NCBI GenBank assembly: GCA_002269645.1
Contig: NIVC01000719.1
Location: forward strand, 1 to 46,624
DNA from: Macrostomum lignano
Taxonomy: Eukaryota
Reading direction: 5' to 3'
Length of the DNA: 46,624 nucleotides
In this document: piece after piece, positions 17,941-29,832 of the stretch
How the letters are laid out: every line of letters starts with the position of its first letter
Numbering within the stretch: position 1 is the stretch's first letter
Notes under the pieces: generated by a model
What the model was told of the DNA's origin: nothing
What the model saw: the letters and a program-made list of their open reading frames with translations, nothing else
The model's database searches: none
Made by a program: the position numbers and the translations under genes

Positions 17941-18990
17941 GTTTCACGGAATGGGAATTTTAGGGATTTTACTTTCACGGAATGGGAATTTTAGGGATTT
18001 TACTTTCACAGAATAGGAATTTTAGGGATTTCACTTTCACAGAATGGGAATTTTAGGGATTTCAGTGTCACAGAATGGGAATTTTAGGGATTTCAGTGTC
18101 ACAGAATGGGAATTTTAGAGATTTCAGTTTTACAGAATGGGAATTTTAGGGATTTCACTTTCACAGAATGGGAATTTTAGGGATTTCAGTGTCACAGAAT
18201 GGGAATTTTAGAGATTTCAGTTTTACAGAATGGGAATTTTAGGGATTTCACTTTCACAGAATGGGAATTTTAGAGATTTCAGTTTTACAGAATGGGAATT
18301 TTAGGGATTTCAGTGTCACAGAATGGGAATTTTAGAGATTTCAGTTTTACAGAGTGGGAATTTTTGGGATTTCACTTTCACAGATAGGGATTTCACTTTC
18401 ACAGAATGGGATTTTAGGAATTTCAGTTTTACAGAATGGGAATTTTAGGGATTTCACTTTCACAGAATGGGAATTTTAGAGATTTCAGTTTTACAGAATG
18501 GGAATTTTAGGGATTTCACTTTCACAGAATGGGAATTTTAGAGATTTCAGTTTTACAGAATGGGAATTTTAGGGATTTCAGTGTCACAGAATGGGAATTT
18601 TTGGGATTTCACTTTCACAGATAGGGATTTCACTTTCACGGAATGGGATTTTAGGAATTTCAGTTACACAGAATGGGATTTTAGGAATTTCAGTTACACA
18701 GAATGGAATTTTAGGGATTTCACTTTCACAGAATGGGAATTTTAGGGATTTCAGTGTCACAGAATGGGAATTTTAGAGATTTCAGTTTTACAGAATGGGA
18801 ATTTTAGGGATTTCACTTTCACAGAATGGGAATTTTAGAGATTTCAGTTTTACAGAATGGGAATCTTTGGGATTTCACTTTCACGGAATGGGATTTTAGG
18901 AATTTCACTTTCACAGAATGGGAATTTTAGGGATTTCAGTGTCACAGAATGGGAATTTTAGGGATTTCACTTTCACAGAATAGGATTTTA
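17941..18990. repeat. ~31-bp minisatellite (GGGAATTTTAGGGATTTCACTTTCACAGAAT) filling the FTSJ3 intron
   Basis: Directly visible. Confidence 0.96.
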
Positions 18991-19130
18991 ACACATAAAC
19001 ACATAGGGGTTTTAGGATTTCAGCTGCACAGAATGACATATAGAATATTCAGTATTATAGAAAATGACTACTTGAAAATTCATATATCTAAGCAAGAAAT
19101 CAAAAGTGAAAAAAGCAAAACAGCTCTCAC

Positions 19131-20014
19131 TTGCAGCAGGCAATCAGCTCAGGCGAGGCCATCTGCTCAACCTCGGGCAGATCGAACACAACCCGACCGC
19201 ACGAAGCCAGCAGCTGCAGCGGCTCTTCGCTGCTCAGAAACCGGGACACTGGCAAGTCGACAAGTTTCCCATCCAGCTCAGTATAGCCTTGCGCTTTCTG
19301 CTTCTTAACCGGGCCGAATGTCCGGCTTAACACGGCCGGTTTAGCCGGCACAGCAACGTCACCGAATACCTTGGTAATGTCGCGAAACGCCGGATCTAAT
19401 TGATCGGGAGCTTTATAACCCTGACAGATCAAGTAGATCTCGGCCGACTCTAACCTGCTAGCCTCCGGCTTGGCAGCTCGGACGCCTTTGAACAATTGTA
19501 GCAGAACAAATTTCAGCTTCTCATAATCGGCCGAACGGAACACTTTAGTAACAAAGGTGCCGCCGCGGCGAAGGAAATCAGTGGCTAACAGCAGCGCCTG
19601 ATGGCACAGGCTGGCCTGAGCAAACTCATCGTAGCCCCAATCAGTGCCGACATTCGGGGCGCCGTCGTGCAAGACGCAGTCGGCTTTGAGATGCTGCAGC
19701 TCCTTGCGCAAGAGAGCCCGACACTCGGAGGTGGTAATATCCGCAACCAGAGTCTTAACATTCGGCACCGGCCTAATTGGGACCAGATCGACTCCAATAA
19801 CCAGGCCAGAGACTGGGGCGCATTCGCGTACAACCTGCAGCCAGCCGCCCGGAGCAGCGCACAAATCAATAACAACTCGGCTCTGCTGTAGGAAAGCGAA
19901 TTTCCTGTTCAACTGGAGCAGTTTAAATGCGGCTCGAGACCGATAGCCGGACTCCTTGGCCAGGTGGTAGAATTTGTCTCGGCGAGACTTTCCTGTCTTC
20001 ACTTTCTTTCCCAT
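19131..20014 (-). CDS. FTSJ3: FTSJ3/Spb1 coding exon 1 (pre-rRNA 2'-O-ribose methyltransferase, FtsJ domain)
   Basis: MGKKVKTGKSRRDKFYHLAKESGYRSRAAFKL, IDLCAAPGGWLQV, VLHDGAPNVG and KPEASRLESAEIY. ATG at 20014; donor AA|gtgaga. Confidence 0.96.
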
Positions 20015-20608
20015 TGTTAGGGCGACAGGAATTAGCAATAATTGTGCAATGACTTTTTACAAATGTACAAACATTGCTAATCTACTCTGAGCGATATTAA
20101 TAGCAGTAGAATTTGAATCTATGCGAAAATTTGAGCTCATTAAAAGAAGCTCCCAGATTTTGAAATTCGAAGGTTAAGAAGTTTGGAGCTTATGAGACAT
20201 TTCGAACTTACTAGGAAGTTTCGAGTTGTGTAAAACTATAATGTGAAATGTCTGAGATCAAGCAGGCATAAATATACTTTAACATTCAATCGATAGGGTC
20301 TATATTTCATAACTCAACGTTGTAAGTCCAAGGTCTTGATTTTATGAGCCCTACCTCACCTAATAAATAAATTATTTAAAATAACGTTAAACTTTAAAAC
20401 AAATTAATAAAACCACACAATCTACTGTCAGTAAACAAAATGCAGAAAAATAGCTGCAAAAAATGACCAAAACAAATTTTATTTCTACATCAAGTCTGGA
20501 AGCCGAAACACTTGGAATTGAAAAACGCTGAGCAAAACAAATAGAATAAGAAAAAGTAAGTTTGAAAAGAAGTCAATCGTATAAACGCATCTATTAGAAT
20601 AAACAAAA

Positions 20609-22414
20609 CTAGCGATGGCTTTTCCGCCGAAATGGCAACAGATCGCGAGACACCGTTGCGGCGGACTGGCGATTTGCAGTCAGCTCAATCTCATTCTCAG
20701 CTCGTCCAGGCGATTGAGACGCCATCGCGTCTAAAAAAGGCGGAAATAATTCTACGAAATTATTAGGCCGGCAATCTGGTCGGTCTAGGCGCAATAGCAG
20801 CGGGCCGTTGTGATCGCCGGGGCAACTCCAGCTGGCCGCAACAATGGTAGGCGGCGGTAGGGCTCTGCGCCAATCGGATTTGGGAGCGGACACCGGCTTG
20901 GATGCATCAGCCTCCAGGGATGGCTCTTTTGCTCCATCATAGCGCAGGTGACCGCTAGGTAGCAGCAAAATCTTTGAAGGTCCCAGCATATTGCCGCCTT
21001 CGCAAGCGACAGATGGACTCTTTGGCTGTTTAGTCTGATTGAAATTATTAGCTGGCGATTTTAACAATTGTCTGTCGCGGTAATGAACCACAGTTTCGTG
21101 GAATTGCACCTTGCGCGGCGGACGGGGCTCGTTGAAGGCGGCCGCAGCGGCGGCGGCGGTGGTAGCAATATTCGAATGCCGACGCTCATTTGTACTAATC
21201 TGTGCACTGGTTCCAGCTCTCATATTGTGCCTGCTTAGCTTAGCTTCCGGTTGATAAGCCCCGTGTTCATGCCTAAGCTGACTTGCGTCTGGAACTTTGA
21301 ACTCGTTTGCGGCTGCTTTAAAACGCGATCTGGCTTCAGTGCTTGCTGACTGTCTTTGTAGCCTTCTATGGCCGTTGTCAGGCGAGGCCCCATGTGGTCT
21401 GCCGACATAAGCATCAGCTGACAATCTTTGTAGCTTTCTAGGGTCATGAGCATCAGCTGACAGTCTTTGTAGCCTTCTAGGGTCATGAGCATCAGCTGAA
21501 AGTCTTTGTAGCCTTCTAGGGTCATGAGCATCAGCTGACAGTCTTTGTAGCTTTCTATGGTCATGAGCGTCAGCTGACAGTCTTTGTAGCTTTCTATGGT
21601 CATGAGCGTCAGCTGACAGTCTTTGTAGCTTTCTAGGGTCATGAGCATCAGCTGACAGTCTTTGTAGCCTTCTAGGGTCATGAGCGTCAGCTGACAGTCT
21701 TTGTAGCTTTGTATGGTCATTGCTAGGCGAAGCCCCATGTGGCCTGTTAGCATGAGTATCAGCTGACAGTCTTTGTAGCCTTCTATGATCATTGTCAGAC
21801 GAGGCCTTATGTGGCCTGCCAACATGAGCGTCAGTAGACAGTCTTTGTAGCCGTGGGTGCTGCAATTCATAAGCATTGCATCAGATTGCCTGCTCGTCAA
21901 CAGGTAGCGACCGACTTCTATGCCTAGCTTCAAAGCTAGCAGACACTTCATGCAACCTAGAAGACTCCATGCCAGTAAATTCGCTACTGTACGATCTGTC
22001 AGAGTTGACAGAAGCTGACGGTAAATCGTGCGACTCTCTAACAGAATCGTGCGTCCTTGACGACGCGGCGCCAATTAATGTTGCGCGAGAACAACTATCT
22101 CGAGATTCTCTATCTGCCGCCTCGTGTCTAGGCCGTTTACTACTGGATAGAGGACCCCAGACAGTTTTAGCGTAAGCGGTATAGGAACTCTGAGCCTCGC
22201 TAGATGAAGGAATCGATGGCGACGATGGAGAGTTTTGGCGATGAGGCAAGCTGTGATGGATAGGCTGGGGGTCCGCAGCGCTCCGGGATCGGTGCAACAC
22301 CGGAGATTGAATGTAGAGATCTGGAATAGTTGGCCGGTTCGGGTCAGCATTGCGCCTGTCAGGCTGACTTGGTTCGCCTCTTAATCGACCGAGAATATTC
22401 GAGCAGTTGTTCAT
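20609..22414 (-). CDS. Uncharacterised low-complexity Ser/Pro/Arg-rich protein with 13-aa repeats; one in-frame TGA at 21881-21883 (probably inside a 42-nt intron)
   Basis: ORFs 21881..22585 and 20609..21865 share a frame. GC-rich island between AT-rich flanks. Acceptor-like ttatttgcag lies just upstream of ATG 22414. No family recognised. Confidence 0.5.
21350..21855. repeat. 39-bp coding tandem repeat (RRLQRLSADAHDP), flanked by longer variant units
   Basis: Visible in both DNA and translation. Confidence 0.9.
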
Positions 22415-22604
22415 GGCATCGTCTGTCGCTGCAAATAATTCGTGACATTTCATAAAGGCTTTAAGGCCAATCATAAACGAGTACTTAGAAAAGATGCTAT
22501 ATGTACTTTTATAGTCCGAACAAGTACACGAATCGATTCGAGTTTTTTTGCTTAAAGTTTCTTCAAGTATCGAATAGTACGCCAAACTTTAGCTGTGCTT
22601 TGTT

Positions 22605-22952
22605 GTGATTCTAGGGTGGTTTATCAGTTTATGGGCGATTTGTATGGGTGGTTAATGGTCGATTGTATGGGTGGTTTATGGTCGATTTTATGGATGGTTT
22701 ATGGTCGATTGTATGGGTGGTTTATGGTCGATTGTATGGGTGGTTTATGGTCGATTTTATGGGTGGTTTATGGTCGATTGTATGGGTGGTTTATGGTCGA
22801 TTGTATGGGTGGTTTATGGTCGATTGTATGGGTGGTTTATGGTCGATTGTATGGGTGGTTTATGGTCGATTTTATGGGTGGTTTATGGGTGACTGTATGG
22901 GTGATTTATGGATAATTGTATGGGTGGTTTATGGGTGAGTGTATGGGTGGTT
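22605..22952. repeat. 23-bp minisatellite (ATGGTCGATTGTATGGGTGGTTT)
   Basis: Directly visible. Confidence 0.95.
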
Positions 22953-22959
22953 TCATCTT

Positions 22960-24260
22960 TAATTGGTTTTGGACTATCTCACTGACATTTTGTGCAAATT
23001 TTAGGACATCCCTTATACAGTTTCAAAATAAAAAATTGACTTAAATTTAATCAACTTGTCAAACAAAACAAGTGAAATACTTGCTTGGTTAGACTTTACT
23101 TTTAGAGATAAATATTTACTTAGCAATAATAATTTACCCTACAAATTATATCTCATAAAAAGTACCATGTATGCTATGGCACTCATATATAAAAAATAGG
23201 TTAAAAACTTAATAAAAATTACCATTTGGGTCTACAAAGCATAATAAAGTAATATATATAATCATAAAAAGTTAAATTCTAATCTGATAGACTCAACAAT
23301 ATACTCTAGGCTCAATTTTATTTTAAAGCAGAAGCCAGATTATTAAGTCTATAATAATTCTATTACTCTGCAATACCATTTTATTTTTCATAAAATTTGA
23401 AATAATGACATAAGTCTTTAAATATATTATAGGCTAAATTATTTCTTGATGTCTTATATAAGTCAGAGCACTCAACTAAAAGTAATTCTAATTCTAATAG
23501 CCAAGGAAAACATTGACTAATTTTTAAGAATGTTATATAAAGCAAATTTGAACTAAAAAAATAATGATATAGAACAATAATATTTTTATGCTATTATTAT
23601 GATCAATGTAAATTTGAAGAAAATTGGTTGAGCTATTCTGTCTATAATCTAATATATGTATACTTACCTAGAAACAATTCATTTTATCTAGCTACCCAAA
23701 AGACTAATAACTAGGTAGAGCTGAAGTAATTAAAATTAAAAATTTATGTTTTCTAAATGCTATTGATAATACTTTTGAGAAAGAGCTTCTAAGCCTAGAA
23801 TATAATATATAACTTACTCGTATCTTTTAAAAAAATGATTGATTTGCATTAAAAGTAAAAAAATTTGTTTATCACAATCTACTAAATAATAATATAGTAG
23901 GTCATATAATCAATATATTCTATGCCTCTTAACTCATTCTTTACTAATCATCCATAGCATTTGGTACAAAAAGTCTAATATATATAAGGGGTCTCTAATA
24001 TACTTGACATAATAATCATTGAGCATATTGAGGTCTATAGCAACTTTCTTGTTAAATTATTTATAAAACATTAATATTTGTTAATTTTATTTGAATTTTC
24101 CTAATTTTTAGTTCAAATTTATTAGGGCATAGAAATAGTATATAGATTCATCCTTTGAAAATACATTCTAGGATATGCTATGCTACTTTTTTGAATAGAC
24201 ACTTATAGTTATTATTTATATTTTATAACTTTCATAATACTATATATAATATACTATAAG
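22960..24260 (+). pseudogene. Heavily mutated Mutator-like transposase remnant (CpG-void)
   Basis: The frame from 23613 reads FEENWLS...FYLATQKTNN*VE, resembling MULE YF..NW...TNNR.ES (catalytic Glu region). Otherwise full of stop codons. Confidence 0.4.
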
Positions 24261-25004
24261 CGAGCTACAAGCAGGGAGAATAAGTCTGAGACACTACGGT
24301 ATAACTAAGCTACTCAAATACTCCTATTAATCTATTATATATATATATATAAATTACACCTATCTACCTGGTCTGAGACTGATACGCTAATATTCATAAA
24401 TCTAAAGTCATGGCAGTGCTCAGTCTTACCCTCCGGTCACAGGTGTCTGCAGAAGCGGTCGTCGTGATTTGCAAACTATTAAGCAATCCAAAAGTTAATA
24501 CAAGGCGTGTAAAAGAGAGTGAAAAAAGAGTGGAAAAAGGGTAAAGTTTTTAGCATTTAACCCCTCGCTTATTTATAGTAAATTTCCCCGATGAAGTCCC
24601 TGTGAAACTGTCTGCGTTATCATTTCCCACGTCTTCCAGCCACCGCGCAATTCCGGCCGATTCTCACGGTTCCCCATTCTCGTGTGATTTCTGAAATGTC
24701 TCTGTTAAAAATGTAATTGAACCCCGCCCCACAAAAAGCATACAACCCCTCTAAAGTGGAAGCAGACTTTTAGGGCGGCCTGCACTCGCCCTTTGCAATG
24801 CCGTCATCAAGCACTTGTGGCTTTTTGTAAGAGTGTAGCTGTCCACAACTGCTACACTCCACCACGCTCTGATAACAATGCAATTCCCTAATTATTGCCT
24901 AATTTAGTCCCTAATACTACTTCCTAAAATAGTCCCTAAATAGTCCCTAAGGCCTACATGCATATGAAATTGAATCCTTATATATACTAAAACTATATCA
25001 GGAG

Positions 25005-25366
25005 CACGAGAATTTCTTGCAGGAATTTTTCCCATCGAGCTTTCCCCGCACAAGTTTTTCCCACACAAGATTTTCCCGCAGCAAGTTTTCCCACAATGAA
25101 AATTTGTCACAGGAGCTTTCCCTGCTCGAGATTTTCCTGTAGCAAGTTTTTCCCACAACAAAAATTTGCCGCAGGAGCTTTCCCCGCACAAGATTTTCCC
25201 ACAGGGAGTTTTTACTGCAGCAAGAGTTTCCCGCAGGAAATTTCCCTATTGAGATTTTCCTGCCAAGCTTTTATTGCCGAGATTTTCCTGCACAAATTTT
25301 CCCTGCACAAATTTTCCCAGCAGACTTTCTCTAGCAGAAAGATTTTCCTGCAAGAAATTTCTTGTG
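25005..25366. mobile_element. MITE-like element with ~21-bp imperfect TIRs and internal degenerate TTTTCCC(T/G)GCA repeats
   Basis: CACGAGAATTTCTTGCAGGAA (25005-25025) pairs with TTCCTGCAAGAAATTTCTTGTG (25345-25366). No TSD seen. Confidence 0.55.
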
Positions 25367-26197
25367 ATTACCTATTTACCTTCCTACCTTCCTACCTGTC
25401 TGTCTATCTGCCTGCCTGCCTGTGTCGAATTTATCAAAGAAAATTGCATCTCTGCAAATGGCTTTCCTTTTTTAAAGTTCTTTCTTAATTCAGTGCCTGT
25501 CTGTCTCTGTGGCTGTTTGTCTCTTTATGGAACATTGCATACGACAAAACTATAAAGTTCTAAATGTGTAAAAACCCATCAGTACATTCAGAGCATGATT
25601 TAAGATATAAAAAAGACAACTCAGATAGACTTCAAAATTATAAGAAACCCAAATCTAATGCATGGCATTATGCAACTCATAATGTATCAGCTGAATTTTT
25701 TCTATCCCTTTTGATAACTTTGTTTAAAGAAGAATGTTCTTTAACAATTGGGGAAATATATTAGTAAGGAGTCTAATTGGGATTCTATTTTGGATTGGAT
25801 AGACGAAATGCTGTTTTATGCCTGGTTTTCCTGCTGATTAAGTGTTTCCTCCAAAAGTTCTACTTTTCTGTAAAAAGTCTAAGCGCACTGAGGGTACATT
25901 CTCCTACAGTTTCAATACATGTTTACTTGCACAAAGTGCACGAAAAAAGAACTGAAGAAAAATAAATGTTTCTGATATGCCCCGAGTAGACAGCGCTTGT
26001 TAAAACTGATTGCTAGTTATTGTTTTTACTGAGTTTAGTAAACATTGAATTACCACTCTAGTGTGCTGCACTAGTATATAGATCAGCATACACAGTTGGA
26101 GCAAGAGGAAAATCATGAAATCGATTCTGCTGCTCTGAATCCTATAGTTTTCTTAGCTGTGCAAACTGCAAATTAACTGCAAACGAGTTGAATTGAA

Positions 26198-27567
26198 ATG
26201 GCAGAAGCTCGCACTCCAGTCCAGTTCTCAGTTACAATGCGCAGCAAGCGTAAAGCAGCATGCCAATGGTACTACTATACCATAGAAAAATTAAGCCAAG
26301 CTGATGCCTCAATAAGTTTATGGCAGTGCAAGGAACGCCGTTCTGGATTCTGCTCAGCCAGAGTTCATATACAAGGTGAAAATGTCATAAACCAGCATAA
26401 CCATGGTGCAGTTGGCTCACGTTTCAGCGTCCTGGAGGCCGTCCGAGGCATGAAGACCAATGCAAGGCAGACCCAAGACCCAACTGCAAGGATAATTATG
26501 GAGTACGCTAGCAGTCTACCTGAGGCAGCAGGTGTGGCCTTTCCTAGCCAGAACTTGCTGAAGAGAATGGTTCAGAATGTGCGCTATGTGCACCAAGGAC
26601 TACCTGTACAGCTGATCAATCTGAACGATTTAGTGATTCCTGATGAATTTTGAGTACACAATGGGTCAAGATTTCTACTGGACAACTTCAGCCATGGAAA
26701 CAAGCAAATTTTGATTTTTGGCAGTGACGAGAACTTGCTGGCGCTGCAGGCAGCTGCTCAATTTTATTCAGATGGCACTTTTGATGCTTCTCCACCATTA
26801 TTTGCACAACTGGTCAGCATCCATGTTGAGCTTCATAGATTTGTGCGTCCATTAATTTATGCACTGCTATCAGCAAAGACTCAAGCAGTCTGCAATTGCT
26901 TATACAAGCAGCTCACAGTTTTGGCGCCAAATTTACAGCCCCAGCGCTGGATGTGCGACTTTGTACATGTCTGTACACATTTTCTGTGCAAAGTGTGTAC
27001 AAACATGCTATCACCAATGGACTCAAGCACCAAGTTGAAGCTGAGGATGGCATGCTCTCAGTGTGGCTTTGCTGCTTCTCTGCTTTGGCATTTATTCCAG
27101 TTGATTCCGTCGAGGCTGCTTTTGATGAGCTGATCATGCTGCCAGACTTTCCTGAAGCGCTGGCCTCAACTGTGGATTATTTTGAAGACCAGTGGGTTGG
27201 CCGCCAGCTACCGCATGGAGCCAGGAGGCAGCCGAGATATCCTATCTTGTTTTGGAACATGCGTGAGCAAATGCTCCACTAAACCAACAACTCCATGGAA
27301 GCCTGGGATTGGAGGCTATAAACGGTGCTTGGCTGCAGCTATCCACAAACATTCAAATTCATCAGCAGTCTCAAGAAGGAATTTGATCACCAGACATGGC
27401 TTATGCAATGGGCGGCTGCTGGTGAGGCTCCAAAGAAATGAAAAAAAAACTCAGAAAGCAACACACGGGTGCAGCGCATTGCTGAACGATGGAACGCTGA
27501 TGGTTTGCCACCTGACTTTCCTCTCAAGTTCTTCTTGCATGCCATTGCATATAACTTAAAAAAATAA
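26198..27567 (+). pseudogene. FLYWCH + MULE (Mutator) transposase pseudogene
   Basis: FLYWCH-like WQCKERRSGFCSARVH...HNH; MULE DGTFDASPPLFAQLVSIH...PLIYALL..K...MCDF; YFEDQW, TNNSMEAW and terminal FLHAIAYNL. Four stops plus a frameshift with apparent deletion after CDF. Confidence 0.88.
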
Positions 27568-27765
27568 TGCTGACAACAGGGATGCTGGCAAGCACCACTC
27601 TATTTGATTAAATATTCAGTAGTTTTGAATTAAAAAACTGCAAAGCTTTTGCACCCACAGAAACATAAGAATACAGTGTAGCAAAATCTTAATATTTTTT
27701 AATAGCATTTGAGTAATCAATAAGGTGCTCTGCTTTATTTTCTCTTATTGTATACCTTACTCAAG

Positions 27766-28618
27766 CCGAGACAGCCGACTCCACCGCCGAGACAGCCGAC
27801 TCCACCGCCGAGACAGCCGACTCCACCGCCAAGACAGCCGACTCCACCGCCAAGACAGCCGGCTCCACCAAGGCAAGCAGCACCAGATGAGGCTCCGCTG
27901 CGATGCCCCACCAGACCACAACTGCCAGGCGACAGCAACAAGAGGCCGAGAACATCATCACCTGTTGCGAGTCAACGGCTGCAAGTCAACGATGGACCAA
28001 CACCACAGAAGAGAGCCGCGATTCTACAGGCCGCCGCAGCTGCCCCGGTGCAAGTCTACGTCAGCCCGGGCAGTCAACGGCTGGCCATCGCTGCCCCTGC
28101 GCCTCGTGCCGCAGCCGCCGCCATTTCAAAGCGAAGGACAGTGCAACTATGGCAGCCAGCAGGCATGCCTCCGGCTTGACGACGATCAGCGGCTGCACCC
28201 GCTGCCGCCGCTGCCGTTGCAGCCGCTGCGCCCAGACCAGCCGCTGCTGCTGCCGTAGCCACTGCGCCTTGACCTGCTGCCAATGCCGCTGCATCCTGGC
28301 TGGATAACAATGCCGCTGCGGCCAGGGCCTATTTGCAACTATCGAGAGGTTGCTCAACGTCTGCTGGAAGCCGGTGAAGCCATCAAGAGAGTCCGGCACG
28401 GCCTTCTTCAGTATCTGCAGCGCATCGGGCATCTGCACTTTGATCAGGCCCTGCCCCAGCGATCGCAGGCCTGGGCCGCCGTTCAAGCTCTCCGCAAACT
28501 CTACACACAGTCCAAGAGTGTGGCCATGCTGCAGTACATCACTAAGGAGCTGCGGCGCATCATGCAAGCCAACTCTCAAGTGGTGCAACATCGACTCCTG
28601 AACATCGAGCTGCGCTAG
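27766..28618 (+). pseudogene. Disrupted Pro/Ala-rich ORF with 21-bp PRQPTPP repeats, probably an accessory ORF of the MULE
   Basis: One frame reads through two TGA codons (28177, 28270), then shifts frame to YREVAQRLL...LLQYLQRIGHL. Acceptor-like tactcaag| at 27765. Confidence 0.4.
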
Positions 28619-29379
28619 CTATTCAGACTAATCGGTTGGCCATATTTTCGTGACTTGCCTGATCCATGTCATTTTTAAACCTTAATGAACTTTAGTGCCG
28701 TTTTTCCTGCAAGCTTTTATATGTTGTCATTTATTCGCTATTATTTTTCGAGGTTTTACTTTTACCAAAATTTGTTTGCTTATTATTGAATAATGCTTTG
28801 TTCTGTTATAATAGTTTTACATATATCATTTAGTAGTGCTTTAAAAATTTTGCATTGTACTGTTATTGCACTTTGCACTCCACACCTTTGTTGTATTTTG
28901 AAATTTGTTCACTCAGAGCACTAGTAATAATTTTTGTTTAAAACTACGGAATAATTTAGTATAAATAGACGCGATCTGGGCCAAAGAGAGAGCAACTTGC
29001 CTTTGTGCAATTCCTATGAAAGGAGTAAGCATAGAAAGAAAGGAGTGTTACGAATAAATATAAGAGGAGCCCTTTTCCGAGTTATTCATTTGCAGACATA
29101 AGAGCGAGATAGACTGAGGCATATACAGTACATACTATTAAGAAGCAGCAGTATTGAGTAGTAAGAGAATACAAAGTAGTTCCGAAGTAATAAGTGTAAG
29201 AATAACCGGAGGCTATGACCCTCTGATCTTGGTAACGCCCAAGGACTTGCAAAGTACATGAAAAACATATACCAGTATAGCCAATAGACCACTCAGGCCA
29301 GAATAATAATAAACGCTACCAGAACAATAGTAAATGCTACTGGAATAACAAGAGAATGATAACAATTGTAAGGGCTAAA

Positions 29380-29832
29380 TCTAAATATACTAAATCTCTA
29401 AGGTTTGTTTGTTTGTTTGTATGTTTGTCCATAACGCTCTAGAGACTGCAATTCTTAATATTCTAAGAACAATATACTCACATAAATACTCAGACTAAAA
29501 TACTCAGACTAAATACTCAGACTAAATACTAAGATATATACTCAGATCAATGCTAAGAAACATTTCTTGAATTATTCTAAGATTGATAAATTCATAATTT
29601 ATTAATAGGATAATCCTGGTGGCAGCTACCAACTTAAAAGATTAGTGTAGGAAGTTTAGCCTTTTGACAACTTGGTGGCAGCTAGTAACTAGTAAGGCTA
29701 AACAAAATAATAATTAAGAGCCTTGGGACAGCTTTTGGTAATAACAGTGGGATATTATTAAGAAGGAAGAATCACCCCTGTTACAACTTTTGGTGGCAGC
29801 AATGGGATTCTGTGTACAGGAAACACCACTAG
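29380..29832 (+). mobile_element. Possible non-autonomous Helitron-like element
   Basis: 5' A|TCTAAATATACTAAATCTC followed by (GTTT)n and a 3' CTAG, with internal short repeats. The 3' flank is C, not T, and the hairpin is degraded. Confidence 0.3.

Noticed and set aside
13177-19946. Plus-strand ORFs opposite THOC1 and FTSJ3, and minus-strand ORFs opposite PDPR and the zinc-finger gene
   Set aside because: Antisense shadows of GC-rich coding exons with no recognisable domains.
21881-21883. Selenocysteine recoding of the in-frame TGA
   Set aside because: No redox motif and no SECIS-like structure seen in the AT-rich downstream region. A short in-frame intron explains the TGA more simply.
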